DNA from: Rhizaria sp. SCN 62-66
Taxonomy: Eukaryota
DNA: 32,091 nt
Direction of reading: 5' to 3'
NCBI GenBank assembly: GCA_001724265.1
Contig: MEDY01000346.1
Location: 1 to 32,091 of the forward strand
In this document: positions 28,148-32,091 of the stretch, in pieces
Layout of the letters: each line of letters opens with the position of its first letter
Numbering within the stretch: position 1 is the first letter of the stretch
The notes under the pieces: model-generated
Database searches by the model: none
The model's input: only the letters and a program-made list of their open reading frames with translations
What the model was told of the DNA's origin: nothing
Program-made: the position numbers and the translations under genes

Positions 28148-28941
28148 GGTGGAGTTCGTACGGCGCTAGGCTTAAGGGGAAGGAAACTGAGAGGGCAAAG
28201 CGAGCCAGTACCGTGACAACGGTTCGGATAAGAAGCGGCGAGATAAGCATCAAAACAGCAACGGACAAAGATAAAAAATGAATAGAATACGAGCTAAAGC
28301 AAGGGAGCAAGAAGGCACTGCATGATATCCTTACTGACGGTCATACAAAATCATACATACTCAATCTTTACTGCCTGTTCAAACGCACCACATACTGGTG
28401 ATGCAGATCCCGATCATGTATTTGTCCCAGAACTGTTCATAAACAACGAGTCAGAGAGATATCGTCAACGTCAGGTGACAGCAGAAGCAAGTGGACTTCA
28501 GATAGCTTGATGATTCAGTCCTTGAGCGTCAATGCCGGTCTGAGGAGCAGTCTTACGAAGGGAGGGACAATATGCCATATGCAGGTTGCATTCGAAGTTA
28601 TTTCCGAGATGAAAGACAATGCAGAGTAGGACAAGACGAGAAAGTAATGAAAGAATTTGGCGCAGAAAGAAGGATTTATTAATCAAGACCGACCCACCTT
28701 GTGAGCAGAGCGACCAAAACCATACGATAGCAGCAACCGCACCGATCCAATGCATGAGCGTGCTGACAAGCCTGCATTACTGCAAGCCTACCCGTACACC
28801 CCCACACAGAACCAATACGCCCCCCACCACCACTCTCCAAATCCACTGTTTGTGTTAGTTACGAGAGAGCCTGTCACGAGCCCACGAGTTTTGACACTCG
28901 CGGACCAACTTCAGGTAATCATCACCGTAAAGGAGACGAGC

Positions 28942-29234
28942 TTACTTAGCACGAGCACGCATCTTGCGCCGCTGTAGAGGAGAAAAGAGAGATGAGAAGA
29001 AGACAAGTAGAAGAAAAAGAGAGATGAGAAGATACTCTTGATAGTTAGAAGAGAGTAGGGAAAGAAGAAGGCACAGACAAAAGGCAGAAATGCGCGATTG
29101 CCGTGCGGAGCTTTGGAATCCAGGGAAGCGAGTGCTTCCGAGATATAAAGGGTGGAAAAGAGAGCAAAAGAGGAGGGTCAACATACCTTACGCTTAAGGC
29201 GGCGCATGCGCTTCTTAGCCCACTTGGCACGCAT
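28942..29234 (-). CDS. RPL41: Ribosomal protein eL41 (eS32), 25 aa; 2 exons (29187-29234, 28942-28971)
   Basis: The spliced translation MRAKWAKKRMRRLKRK|RRKMRARAK* is nearly identical to the canonical eL41. The intron at 28972-29186 is AAG|GTATGT...TTCTAAC...pyrimidine tract...tacAG. Confidence 0.97.
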
Positions 29235-29277
29235 GTCCTGCGATTAAAGAGAGAGAGGAAAGGAGAACAGATGAAGA

Positions 29278-29328
29278 GGGGGTGAGCAAGGGGTCCGAGG
29301 GCCGAGGGAAGGGCTGGGTTGGGCCGGG
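29278..29328 (+). promoter_or_regulatory. G-quadruplex-forming motif just upstream of RPL41
   Basis: Eight G3+ tracts, with core GGGAAGGGCTGGGTTGGGCCGGG (29306-29328) having 2-nt loops. Confidence 0.5.
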
Positions 29329-29482
29329 CTTTCAAGAGGCCAGAAGGCGCACAAATTATCGCAGCGCAAAAGAACCAAATAGCAGGCAATGAACTAAAAG
29401 GGCTGTTAAATGCAATAGGAAGCACTGGGCCTCGCTGGATCGCGTTTACTAGAGATTGAATTCAAAATCAAATAAGCCCACC

Positions 29483-29589
29483 ACTCGGCATGACCGAGTC
29501 CCTCGGGCAGCCCGAGGGGGGGTCCGGCCCGACAGGCTAAGGGGTACTTACCCCCTCCCCGCCGGCTACTATGAGGGGTCAGGTTTTTT
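29483..29589. other. Cluster of GC-rich inverted repeats (candidate structured ncRNA, regulatory element or TE terminus)
   Basis: ACTCGG-CATGA-CCGAGT, CCCTCGGG-CAG-CCCGAGGG and GGGGTA-CT-TACCCC (the last nested in CCGGC...GCCGG), followed by T6. It forms a GC island in AT-rich DNA. Confidence 0.55.
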
Positions 29590-31292
29590 ACTATGCCTTG
29601 TAATATCTATATTTTTGCATACAAACAGTTTATATTGTTATGAATTTTAGAGGTCACTGTGATTCGCGTAGTTTCCTTTTAAGACATACACAATGTGTGT
29701 TGTATTCTGCTTGATTCGTCAGGGGTCAAATATTGCCACGATTCAGTAGTAGCAATCAGTCCCTCGAACAGCCAGCTGCGTCGGAGTCACAATTTCTTTC
29801 CCCTCAGCTCGACGGAATTTGATTTCGTGTATCTCACGTTGATACACATCATTTTAAGTTCATCAAAATATATATTGAATCGGACTGACACATTTATTTG
29901 TTTTATATTAATATCGATGTGAACAGAACATTCGTTGAGGAATTCTTTATGAAGCTATCTTGCAGTGAGTTCAACACTTTGAGAACTAACGATGACAAGG
30001 GAGAAAACGCACTAGAAGATCGTATCAAAAGATATCACTATAATATAGGATTTAACAAACGTTTTTAGCTCTAACACATCTGTTTCACATGCTACAGCAA
30101 CTGTTGTCATGACGAAGCAGCACCTTCACAATACGATACAACGAGTGTCACGACGAAGCGCTGCAGAACCTAAAGGAGAGCGCACAATGACTTGCGGGCA
30201 CAGGGTGCTGTTCAGGTCCTGCACATAGTCATCTCAGCATTGCTAAAAGTCTTCTAGAATTCCTTGGGACAGCAATTCCCCACACTGCAATGGTAAGTAC
30301 TGAGGGCTCGGTGCATCGCAGCTGAGCTTGCAGTAACAGCATCTTGACGGCCAAAACCTACTTGTAGCGAGCACACACTGCCCTATCATTATTCATACAA
30401 TACGCATGTGCGCGGGAAAAAGTAGTGATGGTGCACCTGAGCGCGGTATGACTTGATGGCGGCGAGGTTAAGTGGCTATAGCAGAGAAGCCCGACAGTTG
30501 GCAGGAGCGAACGAAAAAGGCGTCACGCCGTTGCCAGGACACGGCTTGCGTGGGATAGCCAGTAACACAGTCACAAATAAACATTATGAAGCTCTTCGCG
30601 GATTGCGTCACGAGCGTTGTATCGTGCAGGAGCTTAGCGTCCACCTCGAGGATTCGGCCGTCGATAGCGCTGCCGTGAACTTAAACGAGCACATGAAGTA
30701 ACGCACAACAAATAGGTTCTTCGTTGTCAAACATAGAAAATACATATTGGGCTTCATGTACACAACGTCCCTAACTGCACATACGTCGCGCTTCGCTTGC
30801 AGAGGTTAAGCAGTCCCGCATCGAAGGCATGAAGCACGGGATTGACGTTGCCGTCGTCACAGAGTCAACGATCTTTGTGGTCAGCAGATTTAAGGACACA
30901 TTGTTGTTAGCGCAAAAAAAACCTTTCACGGAAAAGAAACCTCAGCACCACCTCGCTTAGAGCAAGTCATTGATGCGACTAGGGACGTCGATAGTGGAGC
31001 AAAACAGAGTGAGGATATTTGAACAGAGCAAAGAGTGAGACAGAATCAGGGGTTAGACGCACATTTCACAAAAGTTAATTTACAGAGCAAATTTACTAGA
31101 CAATGAAATAGCGTGACACAAAGAATCTCAGCAATTGACGATATAATTCGAAAGATATTGTGTCTCAAAGATGACCGCAAAGATACGATCGCCGAAGCGC
31201 TGCGGCGAGTGTAGGGTTGACGGGGTTCGCAAAAAAGTAGCCCTTACCCCCCGCCGAAAAAGCTTTCGCATCACGGTCGACCGAGGACATGT

Positions 31293-31309
31293 CTTTTTTT
31301 GCTTCTTTC
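31293..31309 (+). promoter_or_regulatory. Oligopyrimidine (TOP/TCT-like) tract at the probable RPL24 transcription start
   Basis: CTTTTTTTGCTTCTTTC lies 20 nt before the RPL24 ATG. Such tracts are typical of ribosomal protein genes. Confidence 0.45.
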
Positions 31310-31329
31310 ACCGGAGAAACTCTCGTAAG

Positions 31330-32091
31330 ATGGTTGTTAAGACGGAGGTACGTTATATCACCTACTATTCTTTCCATACGCATAATTGCAGACGTTAATG
31401 ACACTGTAGTCTTTGTACTGGCACTCTTTGTTGCCGCGCTCGTAGAGCCCTCGACTCATTGTTTGCCCGACTTCTCGTATCCCTTCTTTGCGCTTCCCTT
31501 CGTCTCCCCTATAGACGTGCTTCTTCTCGGAGCTCAGGATTTACCCCGGCCAGGGCCGCCGCATCGTTCGCCGCGATGGTAAGGTATGTCTTCCCCCTAC
31601 TCTGTCCCCAGTTTGTCACTCTGTCATCTTGCACTGAAGAGCCACACTCCTTCGCTCTCCTGCCGCTCCCTCACAAGCTTGACACAGTTCGCTGACGAGC
31701 TCGCCAGCTTGCCGCGCGAATATAACGCCTTGTTCACTAGCTCATAACGACAACCGCTCACCGTGCACTCGCTTATTCCTCTTCCTCCGTTTGCTTTCTC
31801 GCCCTCTCCGTCCGCTTCGCACACTGCTCGTCTTACTGTTTACAGCTCATGATCTTCATTGATCACCGCTGCATTGCGCACCACGTGAACCGCAAGAAGG
31901 CCCAGCGCCTCCGCTGGACCCGCTCGTGGCGCCGTGCCCACAAGAAGGTGAAGGCTGACAAGCTCACCACCAAGAAGCTTGTCAAGAAGGCTACCAAGAC
32001 CTTCCGCTCCTTCTCCGGCATCTCCGTTGAGGAGATCCACGCCCGCTCCTCCGCCAACTCCGACTACAAGAAGGCCCAGCGTGAGGCTGCC
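31330..32091 (+). CDS. RPL24: 60S ribosomal protein eL24, 3' truncated by the window end; exons 31330-31347, 31515-31583, 31846->32091
   Basis: The spliced translation MVVKTE|TCFFSELRIYPGQGRRIVRRDGK|LMIFIDHRCIAHHVNRKKAQRLRWTRSWRRAHKK... matches the eL24 motif C.FS...IYPG.G....R.DGK...W....R..HKK. The introns are 31348-31514 (GTACGT..TAG) and 31584-31845 (GTATGT..CAG), and codon usage is strongly biased. Confidence 0.96.

Noticed and set aside
28508-28543. TGATGA...CTGA C/D snoRNA candidate
   Set aside because: Only ~26 nt lie between the boxes, with no terminal stem or recognisable rRNA guide.
28870-28925. SECIS element in the RPL41 3'UTR
   Set aside because: The core-to-AAA spacing is too long and the gene has no in-frame TGA.
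29545-29553. U1 snRNA 5' end (TACTTACC)
   Set aside because: The downstream sequence lacks U1 stem-loops and the length does not fit. It is simply the complement of a donor site.
31692-31721. Hammerhead-like CTGACGA...GCGAA in RPL24 intron 2
   Set aside because: It has GAAT instead of GAAA and no convincing stems I/III.

Overview
Eukaryotic nuclear DNA, probably from a flagellated protist. The eL24 N-terminus is SAR/stramenopile-like, which is an inference from memory. GC-rich, Ala-rich, low-complexity coding exons alternate with AT-rich intergenic DNA and short GT-AG introns. Eight genes are supported. (1) A ~2030-aa minus-strand coiled-coil protein whose small first exon, missed by the ORF track, gives a GM130/AKAP9/BLISTER-like N-terminal motif. 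(2) A ~1800-aa low-complexity coiled-coil protein with a split Cys cluster. (3) A two-exon zinc-ribbon + SAM-domain protein. (4) A plus-strand gene seen as two same-frame ORFs (14809-16692 and 16747-19605) separated only by two in-frame TAG codons in coding-looking sequence. (5) A ~1474-aa coiled-coil protein with TolA-like Ala/Lys repeats. (6) An LRRC46-like LRR protein. (7) A spliced 25-aa ribosomal protein eL41/RPL41, missed by the ORF track. (8) The 5' part of eL24/RPL24, head-to-head with RPL41. The most notable signal is the pair of in-frame TAG codons while no other gene ends in TAG, which could mean UAG reassignment, readthrough or editing. Other signals are a GC hairpin cluster with a sequestered donor and Sm-like site upstream of RPL41, uniform GTAYGT donors, and a candidate poison exon. 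Most other ORFs in the track are GC-driven shadow frames.
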